Under the pieces are notes generated by a model. It was not told the DNA's origin, searched no databases, and was given only the letters and a program-made list of their open reading frames with translations. A DNA stretch of 64,000 bases, taken from NCBI RefSeq assembly GCF_009914755.1, contig NC_060927.1; one strand, 5' to 3'. The translations under genes were made by a program, and so were the position numbers. Origin of the DNA: the human T2T-CHM13v2.0 reference genome, Homo sapiens. Below, piece by piece: positions 44,325-55,148 of this stretch. How positions within the stretch are numbered: the first letter of the stretch is position 1; each line of letters opens with the position of its first letter.

Positions 44325-46536
44325 GGGGAGCAGTTCCAAGATGGCCAAATAGGAACAGCTCCAGTCTACAGCTCCCAGTGTGAGCAACGCAGAAGACGGG
44401 TGATTTCTGTATTTCCAATTGAGGTACTGGGTTCATTTCATTGGGGCTCATCGGACAGTGGGGGCAGGACAGTGGGTGCAGCCCACCGAGTGTGAGTCGA
44501 AGCAGAGCGAGGCATTGACTCACCTGGGAAGTGCAAGGGGGTCAGGGAATTCCCTTTCCTAGCAAAGGGAAGGGGTGACAGACAGCACCTGGAAAATTGG
44601 GTCACTCCCACCCTAATACTGCGCTTTTCCAATGGTCTTAGCAAATGGCAAACCAGGAGAATATAGGCTGCATCTGGCTCAGAGGGTCCCACGCCCACGG
44701 AGCCTCACTCATTGCTAGCACAGCAGTCTGAGATCGAACTGCAAGGTGGCAGCAAGGCTGGGGGAGGGGCGCCCGCCATTGCTGAGGCTTGAGTAGGTAA
44801 ACAAAGCGGCCAGGAAGCTCGAACTGGGTGGAGCCCACCACTGCTCAAGGAGGCCTGCCTGCCTCTGTAGACTCCACCTCTGGGGGCAGGGCATAGCTGA
44901 ACAAAATGCAGCAGAAACCTCTGCAGACTTAAATGTCCCTGTCTGACAGCTTTCAAGAGAGTAGTGGTTCTCCCAGCACGGAGTTTGAGATCTAAGAGCG
45001 GACAGACTGCCACCTCAAGTGGGTCCCTGACTCCCGAGTAGTCTAACTGGGAGGCACCCCCCAGTAGGGGCAGACTGACACCTCACACGGCTGGGTACCC
45101 CTCTGAGACGAAGCTTCCAGAGGAACGATCAGGCAGCAACATTTGCTGTTCAGCAATATTTGCTGTTCTGCAGCCTCCGATGCTGATACCCAGGCAAACA
45201 GGGTCTGGAGTGGACCTCCAGCAAACTCCAACAGACCTGCAGCTGAGGGTCCTAACTGTTAGAAGGAAAACTAACAAACAGAAAGGACACCCACAACAAA
45301 ACCCCATCTGTACATCACCATCATCAAAGACCAAAGGTAGATAAAACCACAACAATGGGGGAAAAACAGAGCAGAAAAACTGAAAATTCTGAAAATCAGA
45401 GCACCTCTCCCCTCCAAAGGAACGCAGCTCCTCACCAGCAATGGAACAAAGCTGTACGGAGAATGACTTTGACGAGTTGAGAGAAGAAGACTTCAGACGA
45501 TCAAACTTCTCCGAGCTAAAGGAGGAAGTTTGAACCCAAAGCAAAGAAGCTAAAAACCTTGAAAAAAGATTAGATGAATGGCTAACTAGAATAACCAGTG
45601 TAGAGAAGTCCTTAAATGACCTGACGTAGCTGAAAACCATGGCACGAGAACTACGTGATGAATGCACAAGCTTCAGTAGCCGATTCAATCAACTGGAAGA
45701 AAGGGTATCAGTGACTGAAGATCAAATAAATGAAATGAAGTGAGAAGAGAAGTTTAGAGAAAAAAGAATAAAAAGAAATGAACAAAGCCTCCAAGAAATA
45801 TGGGACTATGTGAAAAAGACCAAATCTACATCTGATTGGTGTACCTGAAAGTGATGGGGAGAATGGAACCAAGTTGGAAAACACTCTACAGGATATTATC
45901 CAGGAGAACTTCCCCAATCTAGCAAAGCAGGCCAACATCCAAATTCAGGAAATACAGAGAACACCACGAAGATACTCCTCGAGAAGAGCAACTCCAAGAC
46001 ACATAATTGGCAGATTCATCACAGTTGAAATGAAGGAAAAAATGTTCAGAGCAGCCAGAGAGAAAGGTCAGGTTAAGCCAGAAGAGAGTGGGGGCCAATA
46101 TTCAACATTCTTCAAGGAAAGAATTTTCAACCCAGAATTACATATCCAGCCAAACTAAGCTTCATAAGTGAAGGAGAAACAAAATCCTTTACAGACAAGC
46201 AAATGCTGAGAGATTTTGTCACCACCAGGCCTGCCCTACAAGAGTTCCTGAAGGAAGCACTAAACATGGAAAGGAACAATGGTACCAGCCACTGCAAAAA
46301 CATGCCAAATTGTAAAGACCATGGAGGCTAGGAAGAAACTGCATCAACTAACGAGCAAAATAACCAGCTAACATCATAATGACAGGATCAAATTCACACA
46401 TAACAATATTAACCTTAAATGTAAATGGGCTAAATGCTCTAATTAAAACACACAGACTGGCAAATTGGATAAAGAGTCAAGACCCATCAGTGTGCTGTAT
46501 TCAGGAGACCCATCTCACGTGCAGAGATACACATAG
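44325..46536 (+). mobile_element. 5' half of an L1PA5/PA6 (5'UTR, ORF1, start of ORF2); 3' ~4 kb absent
   Basis: gttccaagatggccaaatagg start; ORF1 45355-46315 with stops, frameshifts and a 55-bp deletion at 46075/46076; ORF2 ATG at 46379, L1 homology stops at ...gatacacatag (46536). Confidence 0.95.
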
Positions 46537-47100
46537 AAGAATCATGTCGAGATAGGTAATGGATGAGGAAGAAATTTGGGTTTGACTGAAGTAACGGGGG
46601 CTGTCCGTGAAGCCTGGCAGCAGTACAGCCTAGGTAATTTGCTGAGCCTGATGGATGTCAGGGTCAGTCCAAGTGAAAGCAAAGAGAGGCTGGGATGAAG
46701 GGTGCAAGAAATAGTAAAGAAAGCATGTTTGAGGTCCAGAACAGAATAATGGGTTATGCAGGGGTTGTGGAGGGAGGTATTGAGGATAGGAGAGTATATG
46801 GCTTCGGCCCCAGGGGGTGGATAGGCAAGACAATTTGGTTGATAAGGCGCAGATCCTGAACTAACCTGTGAGGCTTGTCCGGTTTTGGGACAGGTAAAAT
46901 GGGGGAATTGTAAGGAGAGTTTATAGGCTTTAAAAGGTCATGCTGTAACAGGCAAGTGATAACAGGCTTTAATCCTTTTAAAGCATGCTGTGGGATGGGA
47001 TATTGGCATTGAGTGGGGTAAGGGTGATTAGGTTTTAATGGGATGGTAAGGGGTGCATAATTTGTCACTAAGGAGGGAGTAGAGGTATCCTATACTTGTG
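46537..47100 (-). pseudogene. pol: HERV-H pol (RT N-terminus), frameshifted and truncated
   Basis: QYPIPQHALKGLKP...SPYNSPILPVPKPDK..RLVQDLRLIN, FAFTWTDPD, GFTDSP; YxDD region missing at ~46580. Confidence 0.9.
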
Positions 47101-47149
47101 GATTAAGGTGGGGAGATACAAGGAAAGGATGTGAAGGAGGCTTTGAACT

Positions 47150-47480
47150 GGGGCAAAAGGCGGCAATGAGGTGTGGCTGTATCCCAGGAATACTCAGGGA
47201 AGCAGATAATGTAGTTAAAAGGTCCCGACCTAATAAGAGAGGTGGGCAGGTGGGGATAACTAAAAAAGAGTGCATAAAAGAACGTTGTCCAAGTTGGCAC
47301 CAGAGTGGGGGAGTTTTTAAGGGGTTTAGAAGCCTGGCCGTCAATACCTACAACAGTTTTGGGGGCAAGGGAAACAGGCCCTTGAAAAGAAGGTAATGTG
47401 GAGTGGGTAGCCCCCGTATTGATTAAACAGGGGATGGACTTACCCTCCACTGTAAGAGTTACCTGAAGCATCTGTGATGG
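47150..47480 (-). pseudogene. pro: HERV-H protease, catalytic DTG changed to NTG
   Basis: VTLTVEGKSIPCLINTGATHSTLP (NTG at 47420-47412), then a frameshift. Confidence 0.85.
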
Positions 47481-47511
47481 TCCAGGAGGCTTCTGAAGCA
47501 ATCAGACAGTG

Positions 47512-49107
47512 TCAGTCTTCAGCTGCTAAGCTGAGGGGATCTGGGAAGGAGTCAGCCAAGGAACATTGGGTTTGGGCTCCAGGGTCCTTAGGAGTGGCGG
47601 CAATGTGAGTTGGACAGTCCGACCTCCAGTGGGGGCCCACACAAACAGGGCACGGCTTAGGAGGAATCCCAGGCTGTGGGCATTCTGAGGCCCAGTGGCC
47701 AGGCTTTTGGGATTTGAAGCAAGGTCCACGAGGATGTTTTGAAGGAGCCCCTGGGAGCTGTGGCTTGGATGTTCTGAATTTTTTGTACGTTGGAGACGTG
47801 GTTGTCGGTTGTCTCAGCAGAGGCAAGTAGCTGTAACTCAGAAATGCATTGCTGTCTGGCAAACTCCTCTCTATTATTGTACACCTTGAAGGCGAGGTTG
47901 ATTAATTCCTGTTGTGGGGTTTGAGGGCTGGATTCCAATTTTTGAAGCTTTTTTCTAATGTCAGGAGCTGACTGGGTGATAAAACACATATTAAGAATAA
48001 GGCGGCCTTCTGGCCCCTCTGGGTCTAGGGCAGTAAAGCATCTAAGGGTTGCTGCTAAGTGGGCCATGAACCGGGCTGGGTTTTCATCTTTACCTTGGGT
48101 AGTTTCTTTAAGTTTGTCATAATTACCAGCTTTGTAAGCTGCCTTTTTAAGCCCTTCAACTAGGCAGGAAACCATGTAATCTCGCCTGGCTATACCTGGG
48201 GAATCTGCCTGATAGTTCCATTGGGGATCTTCTCGGGGGAACTGCTCTAATACCTTCCTGGAAGTTTGTCTCCTGGAGCCAGCGGTTATCAGCATGAGAT
48301 TGGGCTAGAGAAAAAACTCTTTCCCGTTCATCTGGGGAGAGGGTAGAAGTCAGGATGACATTTAAGTCACTCCAGGTTAAACTGTAGGACAGAGTTAGAT
48401 ATTGGAATTCCTATATGTATTTAGTGGGGTCTGATGAGAAAGAGCCTAAATGCTGGCTGATCTGGGAAAGGTCTGATAGAGGAAAAAGGCACATGTACCC
48501 TGACTATGCCTTCGCTCCAGCCACCTCTCTAAGAGGAAATTGCTGGGCAGGTAGGGGAGAGCTAGTCGCAGAACGAAACTGTAAACCAGACCGGGTGTGA
48601 GGAGGGGAGGTGATAGAAAGATTATAGGGTGGGGGAGCAGAGGCTGACGAAGAATTGGGACCTGGCTTGGCCTGGCGAGGAGCAGCCTGGAGAGAAGGGG
48701 AGAGGTCAGATGAGTCCATAGAAAAGAAGGATTCAAAGGACTCAGAGCTTGGGGTGGAGACTGAAGGAACAGACAGGAGAGAAAGAAGAAAGATCTGGGA
48801 TGAGTCACATTGGGAGCAGAGACTAGGGAGGGACCAATGTGTAAAAGAATGCCTGGACGTCAGGCACCTCAGACCATTTGCCCATTTTTTGACAAAAATT
48901 ATCTAGGTATTGTAAAATGGAGAAATCAAAAGTGCCGTTTTCTGGCTACTTAGAACCACTGTTGAGTTTGTATTGGGGCCAAGCAGTGCTGCTGAAGAAA
49001 ATAAGACGCTTAGATTTTAGGTCAGGCAAGAGTTGAAGAGGTTTTAAGTTTTTGAGAACACAGACTAAGAGAGAAGAAGGAGGAATGGAGGGTTGAAGGT
49101 TGCCCAT
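47512..49107 (-). pseudogene. gag: HERV-H gag, frameshifted
   Basis: MGNLQPSIPP start at 49107; PPPY late domain; MHR QGKDENPARF; two zinc knuckles CFKSQKPGHWASEC and CPVCVGPHWRSDC; TGA at 47512. Confidence 0.9.
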
Positions 49108-49153
49108 AGTGAAGGAGGCAAGTTTAAAGAGAAGGGTAGAGACACGGAGAGAA

Positions 49154-49410
49154 GGGGTGGGGGGTGCTTGCCCCCCAGGAAAGTGGAGAAAGGGTGGGAG
49201 GTGCTTGCCCCCCAGAAAAGTGGAAACGGGATGGGAGGTGCCTGCTGCAAGGAAAGTGGAAATGGGGTGGGAGGTGCTTGCCCCCCAGGAAAGTGGAAAT
49301 GGGATGGGAGGTGCTTGCCCCCCAGGAAAGTGGAAATGGGGTGGGAGGTGCTTGCCCCCCAGGAAAGTGGAAAAGGGGTGGGAGGTGCTTGCCCCCAGGA
49401 AAGTGGAAAA
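49154..49410. repeat. G-rich VNTR, 7 x 36-37 bp, in the HERV-H leader
   Basis: Unit ggggtgggaggtgcttgccccccaggaaagtggaaa(t/a), flanked by direct repeats gggtagagacacggagagaa. Confidence 0.95.
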
Positions 49411-49810
49411 GGGGTAGAGACACGGAGAGAATGGGTGGAGTGAGCAGCCCTGGGCTGCAATATGGGTGAGCAGCCAAAGCAGGTGTCCCTGCAATTGACT
49501 TGCCACCAAAGGAATGTGGGTGAATGACCAAGGCAGGTGTCCTGTGGAGATCACACACCGTGGAATGTGGGTGAATAATCAGGCAGGCATCCCCACAATG
49601 ATTAAACACCAAGGGAAGGCTGCCTTCCCGAGTCCATGACCAGTGCTGGAGTTTTGGGTCCACAGATAAAATGTGTCTCCTTTGTCTCTACCAGAAAATG
49701 AAAGGAATTGAAATTAAGAGAAGGGAGAAATTGAAGGGTGGCACCAAGATTGAAAGGAAAATGGGTTGAGGGATAGTGAGACAGGTGGGAGAAGAGAGTA
49801 AAAAGAGGCC

Positions 49811-49820
49811 GCTTACTCAA
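49811..49820 (-). promoter_or_regulatory. HERV-H major splice donor (TTGA|GTAAGC)
   Basis: GT at 49816-49815, about 145 nt downstream of the LTR, at the expected HERV-H position. Confidence 0.7.
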
Positions 49821-49939
49821 TTTAAAATCGGTGAGATGTTCCTTGGGCTGGTTGGTCTGAGGACGCGAGGTCATAGGTGGATCTCTTCATGGAGTGAGGG
49901 TGAGGACAGGGGACTGGTCTCCCGAAGGAGTCCCGCTGA

Positions 49940-49957
49940 CCTGGGTCTTTGGCACCA
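49940..49957 (-). other. Primer binding site TGGTGCCAAAGACCCAGG (Phe-like)
   Basis: Follows the LTR terminal CA after TT; resembles the tRNA-Phe complement TGGTGCCGAAACCCGGGA. Confidence 0.8.
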
Positions 49958-49959
49958 AA

Positions 49960-50422
49960 TGTCTCACACGTCCGTGTGAAGAGACCACCAAACAGGCTTT
50001 GTGTGAGCAACATGGCTGTTTATTTCACCTGGGTGCAGGTGGGCTGAGTCCAAAAAGAGGGTCAGCAAGGGGTGGTGGATTATCATTAGTTCTTATAGGT
50101 TTTGGGATAGGCAGTGGAGTTAGGAGCAATGTTTTGCGGGCAGGAGCTGGATCTCACAAAGTACATTCTCAAGGGTGGGGAGAATTACAAAGAACCTTCT
50201 TAAGGGTAGGGGAAATTATAAAGAATGTTCTTAAGGGTGGGGGAGATTGCAAAGTACATTGATCAGTTAGGGTGGGGCAGAAGCAAATCACAATGGTGGA
50301 ATGTCATCAGTTAAGGCTATTTTCACTTCTTTTGTGGATCTTCAGTTGCTTCAGGCCATCTGGATGTACACATGCAGGTCACAGGGGATATGATGGCTTA
50401 GCTTGGACTCAGAGGCCTGACA
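49960..50422 (-). promoter_or_regulatory. 5' LTR, LTR7B / type II
   Basis: TG..CA, 463 bp; three ~32-bp CCCACCCTTAAGAA type II repeats (50165-50260); TATA CCTATAAGAA; AATAAA. Confidence 0.9.
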
Positions 50423-52811
50423 GCGGTATCATTCTCTGAGCTCCAACACAACTTTCTTTCTATGCCATCTTTCTTTGTCCCGTCAACTAGATTTTTCCGT
50501 AGGTGGAATGATAATGGCTTAGGCAAAATAATCAAGACAGCTAAGAGCAGACAAAATATGAGTTTGGCAGAGATGTCTATGAAGTATCACCAAGAAATCT
50601 AAAGATTTTGAATCCTAAAGAGCTTTTTTTTTAATAAGCTATTCCCAGCCTATAAATTGATGTCTTCCTGTCAGTAACTAGAGTCATAGAAAACTCTTCT
50701 CACTTCCTATCCTGAAACTCTGATCATATAAAAGCAGCGATTATGTAGAGCTTAGACAGCACCTATCACAGGAAATGAGCAATTGCTTCAGTTATTTTAC
50801 GGAGAACATTGAAGGAAATGATTAAGTTCTCCACACACAAAGAAAAGAACAAAGAGAGTTTGCACTATGGAAACATTTTGCAAAAATTCTACACAGTTTG
50901 AACTGAGAGCAATTGCACATAGAAACACTGAAAATATTTCTCAATTGGTGTTAAATCTATATAAATGCCAAGTCACTGTTCCAATGAAGAAACCATAGCA
51001 CAGGGACATTGTGCAACAAACTAAAAAGTTCAAAATGGAAGCCAGGAAAGTGAGCTGGTAACATTTTTTAGCAATCCTTAAAGATACTGGAAGTTAAAAA
51101 TAGAACCTCCTGTATAGACATCCTAATTTGAGCTACTTATTATCTATGTTTAATTTAACTGATGAATTACCTGATGTAATTAATTTCCATAGTATGAGTT
51201 TAGGCCCATTATTCCTTTTGTTGTCCTGTAAAACAACAACTTCTTATACAGTTGCATACATATTTTTGGACTTCATAGACCCTAACTAGCAATCACAATA
51301 AAAATTCTATGGCATTACCCTCTACAGGTGCTATATGACATAGACATACACTTACTGTTTTGATCAATACTGGGTAGTTAGTTCTTTTCTCTGTCTCTAT
51401 AAACCAGAATTTTTATAGAGTGAAGTTATAAACCCAGGTGAAAATTATAGTAATGAACTGAACCTGTTGACTCTCCTTACATGCTTTATTGCACTGATGC
51501 AAACCAGGAAATCATTTTTATCGAGGGTCTTAGAGATCAAATAAAACCAAGATTTGAGTTAAACTTAATGACTTCAGATTTACAATTTAATATATTTACT
51601 TATTATTTTACATTCTGCATTATCTAGTACCCAAAGTAGGTCAGTAAGACAAAATTGGTTTTGGACCTGAGACTAATGTGCATAGGCTTCTCATTCCAGG
51701 CTTCTCTTATCTTCCTTTCTATTTGGCTCATCGATCCAAATCTGCATGTGTCAGAAGCCAACCTAAATAGCAATTACCAAATATAAACACACTAAGTATT
51801 GGACACACAATTGAAATTTGGACTTTTGCCCCTGAATATAAATATTTCCCTCAATAATTTCTTTTCCCACCCAGTCATTTTTTTTTATACTGAGCTCTTT
51901 TTCAAGGTAAAAATTTATTCTCTAACAAATAGAAAATATCTTGGACTAGCCTAATTCTAACCTAGTGTTTATAATCCTTAGGCACTTTAAGAAGCAAATC
52001 AATGCAGACATTTGCTTTAAAAAAAAATCTGGTGACAGAATAAATTAGGCTAGCATCCTGAAGCTGAAAAAGTTTTGCCATTTGCACACCCCAATGATGT
52101 GGGAGAGCAAAATAATTATTCCAAAGCAGCCACATCAGATGGCACATTGGTTTATCTATTTTTGACTAATTTGACCATTAACATCACAGAGAGTAAAATT
52201 TAATGTGTACATATAGGAGTTGTCATATTGGATACTCTTTCTATATTCCTTATAATCTATTTCTTTGTCTTTATGGATTTTTCTGTATTTCTTATTCTGA
52301 TAACACAATTCTATGTACTTGTATCTAAAACTGTAAATAAAATAAAAAAGCAATTAGCAGAAAATTAGAAATATTTATACTGCTTTGTAAATGTTTACTC
52401 TCTGTTTCATGTCAGTCTAGTATGTCTCATGGCAAAATAATCCATAATTAAACTTTACTGCAATATAAATGTTTGCAAAATGGACTGTCTTAGTGTTTAG
52501 AAAAATTAATCAAATCCAATTCCTTTCTCTAATGAACTTCTTCATGCACTACTAGCTCAGGCATGTAGCTCGAAGTGAGGCTGAGCAGGTAATTTGGAAA
52601 AGCTCATGGGTAGCTAGAGCAGTCTTCCCACTCTGTTCTGGAAAGACTTAGAGTTCAAAAAAGCATGTGAAATATTAGCTAAGGAGGAAATTCACACATT
52701 TGGTAACTTCAGGAAAAGTGCATATATCAAGTGCCTGGTTTTAAAAGTGCATTATAGGGTAAGATACCACATGCCAGTGAAAAATTAGGAAACTTAAAAA
52801 TGCATTTCAGA

Positions 52812-53119
<308 letters not shown>

Positions 53120-53343
53120 AAAAATGCATTTCAGGAAATTTTGGAAGATCCATGTAAACACTTGGGTAAAACCCAGACTTGATCAACCTAGGCCCTCGAC
53201 ATTTCCATATCGGAAAAGTGTTAAGCAATAAACTTCACATTACATCTGGCTCTGCTACTTACTAAATGTGTGACCTTAGGCAAGAATTTAATATTTCTAT
53301 GCCTCAGTTTCCATATCTCTAAAATTGGAGAGGCAGTATACAC

Positions 53344-53742
53344 TGTATTGGTCCATTCTCGCATTGCTATAAAGAAACACTTGAGACTGGGTAATTTATA
53401 AAGAAAAGAGGTTTAATTGGCTCATGGCTCTGCAGGCTTTACAGAAAGCATAATTCTGGCATCTGCTCTGCTTCTGGGGAGGCACAAGGGGAGCAGGCTT
53501 TTTTCATGGCAGGAGCAGGAGCAAAACAGAGCAAAGAGGGAGGCGCAACACACTTTTAAACAACCAGATTTTGTGAGAACTCACTCACCATCAGGAGAAC
53601 AGCACCAAGGGGATGGCGCTAAACCATTCAAGAGAAACCCGCCCCCATGAGCCAATCTCCTCCCATCGGGCCCCACCACCAACACTGGGGAGTACAGCTG
53701 AAAATGAGATTTGGTGGAGACACAGATCCAAAGCATATTCCA
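53344..53742 (-). mobile_element. MSTA/MSTB MaLR LTR inserted in a MIR
   Basis: tgtattggtccattctcgcattgctataaagaaacacttgagactgggtaatttataaagaaaagaggtttaattggctca. Confidence 0.88.
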
Positions 53743-54301
53743 CACAGTAAAAGTTGTTATGGGAAATCAAACAACTTTTGACACACAGAGAGACACAATC
53801 ACACAGGTGCACATTCACAAACATATACTAAGTGTTTATAATAGATAAATTTATATATTTGATAATTGCTGGCGTTTAAGGATCATGATTGAATTCTAAG
53901 TTGCGGTCAGGTCTTCTAGGCTTTTCCTCTGTTCATCTTCTAGGATCAATTTTTCAAAGTTTTCTTCTTCCCTTGTTGCAGATTATTTCTGAAAGCCTTT
54001 CCTCTTTACAGTTGCCACTATCCTATCCATTTATTTGACTCCCTCCGTCATCAAAGTTGTGGGTAAAATGGCAAAAGTCAGCTCTCTAAGTTCTCCCAAG
54101 GATCCTAGACTTTTTCTTCTTTCCTGATTAAGAGTTTGGAGGAAATAGACTGAGAATAGCAAAGAGAGATGAAGTGGGAGAAATTGCAAAGTATAACTTT
54201 CTGAAAGTTCATTTAGATGGCCATCTGTTAAAAGAGAGTAATTTGCATTTCTGAAGCCAATTAAACTAGAACCAGTCTTTGTCTAATATAATCCACCCCA
54301 A

Positions 54302-54414
54302 AGACAGACAGACAGACAGACACACACACACACACGCAAACACACACACACACAGAGTGAGAGAGAGACAGAGTGCATGTGTGAGAGAGAGCGAGAGTGT
54401 GTGTGTGTGTGTGT
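54302..54414. repeat. Compound (GACA)n(CA)n(GA)n(GT)n microsatellite
   Basis: Direct reading. Confidence 0.9.
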
Positions 54415-54710
54415 AAGAAAGAAAGAGAAACATACGCTTAATTTTAGTTATCTCCTAAACCTGGCATTTTTAGCCCAAAATATTCAGGGAGTCATTTGAC
54501 TTGGATTACATCCTTATTTTTACAAACCTCTAGGTGAAACTCAACATTTCTTTTATTTATTAGCATAGTAGTCAGAGCAGTATTTATGCCTTTGTCACTT
54601 TATAATTGTTGCAAATATTATTTAATGCTCATTGCTACTTAAGAATTAAAGTAGCTACTAAACCTACTATAGATCTTATTATTTAATGTTTCAATAGAAA
54701 CTGTATATGT

Positions 54711-55148
54711 TGACATGGTTTGAATGTTTTATTCCTTCCAAAACTCATGTTGAAACATGACTTCCAATGTTGGAGGTGGGCCTAGCGAGATGTGTTTGGA
54801 TCATGGGGGCAGATCCCTTATGAATGTCGTGGTGCTGTCCTTGACATAGTGAGTGAGTTTTCCATCTGAGTTTATGCAAGATCTGGTTGTTTAATAGAGT
54901 GTGGCACTTCTTCCCTCTCTCACTTGCTCCTGTCTCTCTCTCTTTTTCTCACCATGTGAGATGCCAGGTTCCCCTTTGCTTTCTGCCAAGATTGAGAGCT
55001 TTCTGAGGCCTTACCAGAAGCCAAGCAGATGCTGACATCATGCTTCCTATATAGCCTGCAGAACTGTGAGCCAATTAAACTCCTTTTCTTTATAAATTTG
55101 CACAGCCTCAGGTATTTCTTTATAGATATGCAAAAATGGACTAACACA
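54711..55148 (+). mobile_element. MSTB-like MaLR solo LTR
   Basis: tgacatggtttgaatg...ggactaacaca; TSD tatgt/tatat. Confidence 0.88.

Larger units (their letters stand above)
46537..50422 (-). mobile_element. HERV-H provirus 5' half (LTR7B-type LTR, PBS, leader, gag, pro, partial pol); env and 3' LTR absent
   Basis: LTR begins TGTCAGGCCTCTGAG; HERV-H Gag/Pro/Pol peptides in the minus-strand ORFs. Confidence 0.96.

Noticed and set aside
45083-45688. 201-aa minus-strand ORF
   Set aside because: Antisense of the L1 5'UTR/ORF1; such antisense ORFs are a generic feature of L1 sequence
46530-46545. L1 twin-priming inversion or 3' transduction as the cause of the L1/HERV-H junction
   Set aside because: The sequence after the junction is HERV-H ending in a 5' LTR, with no inverted L1, poly-A or matching TSD
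49154-49410. CRISPR-like array (36-37 bp repeats)
   Set aside because: Head-to-tail units without unique spacers, no cas genes, human ERV context
48946-49663. Stack of repetitive ORFs on both strands as a novel repeat protein
   Set aside because: By-product of the stop-poor 36-37 bp VNTR
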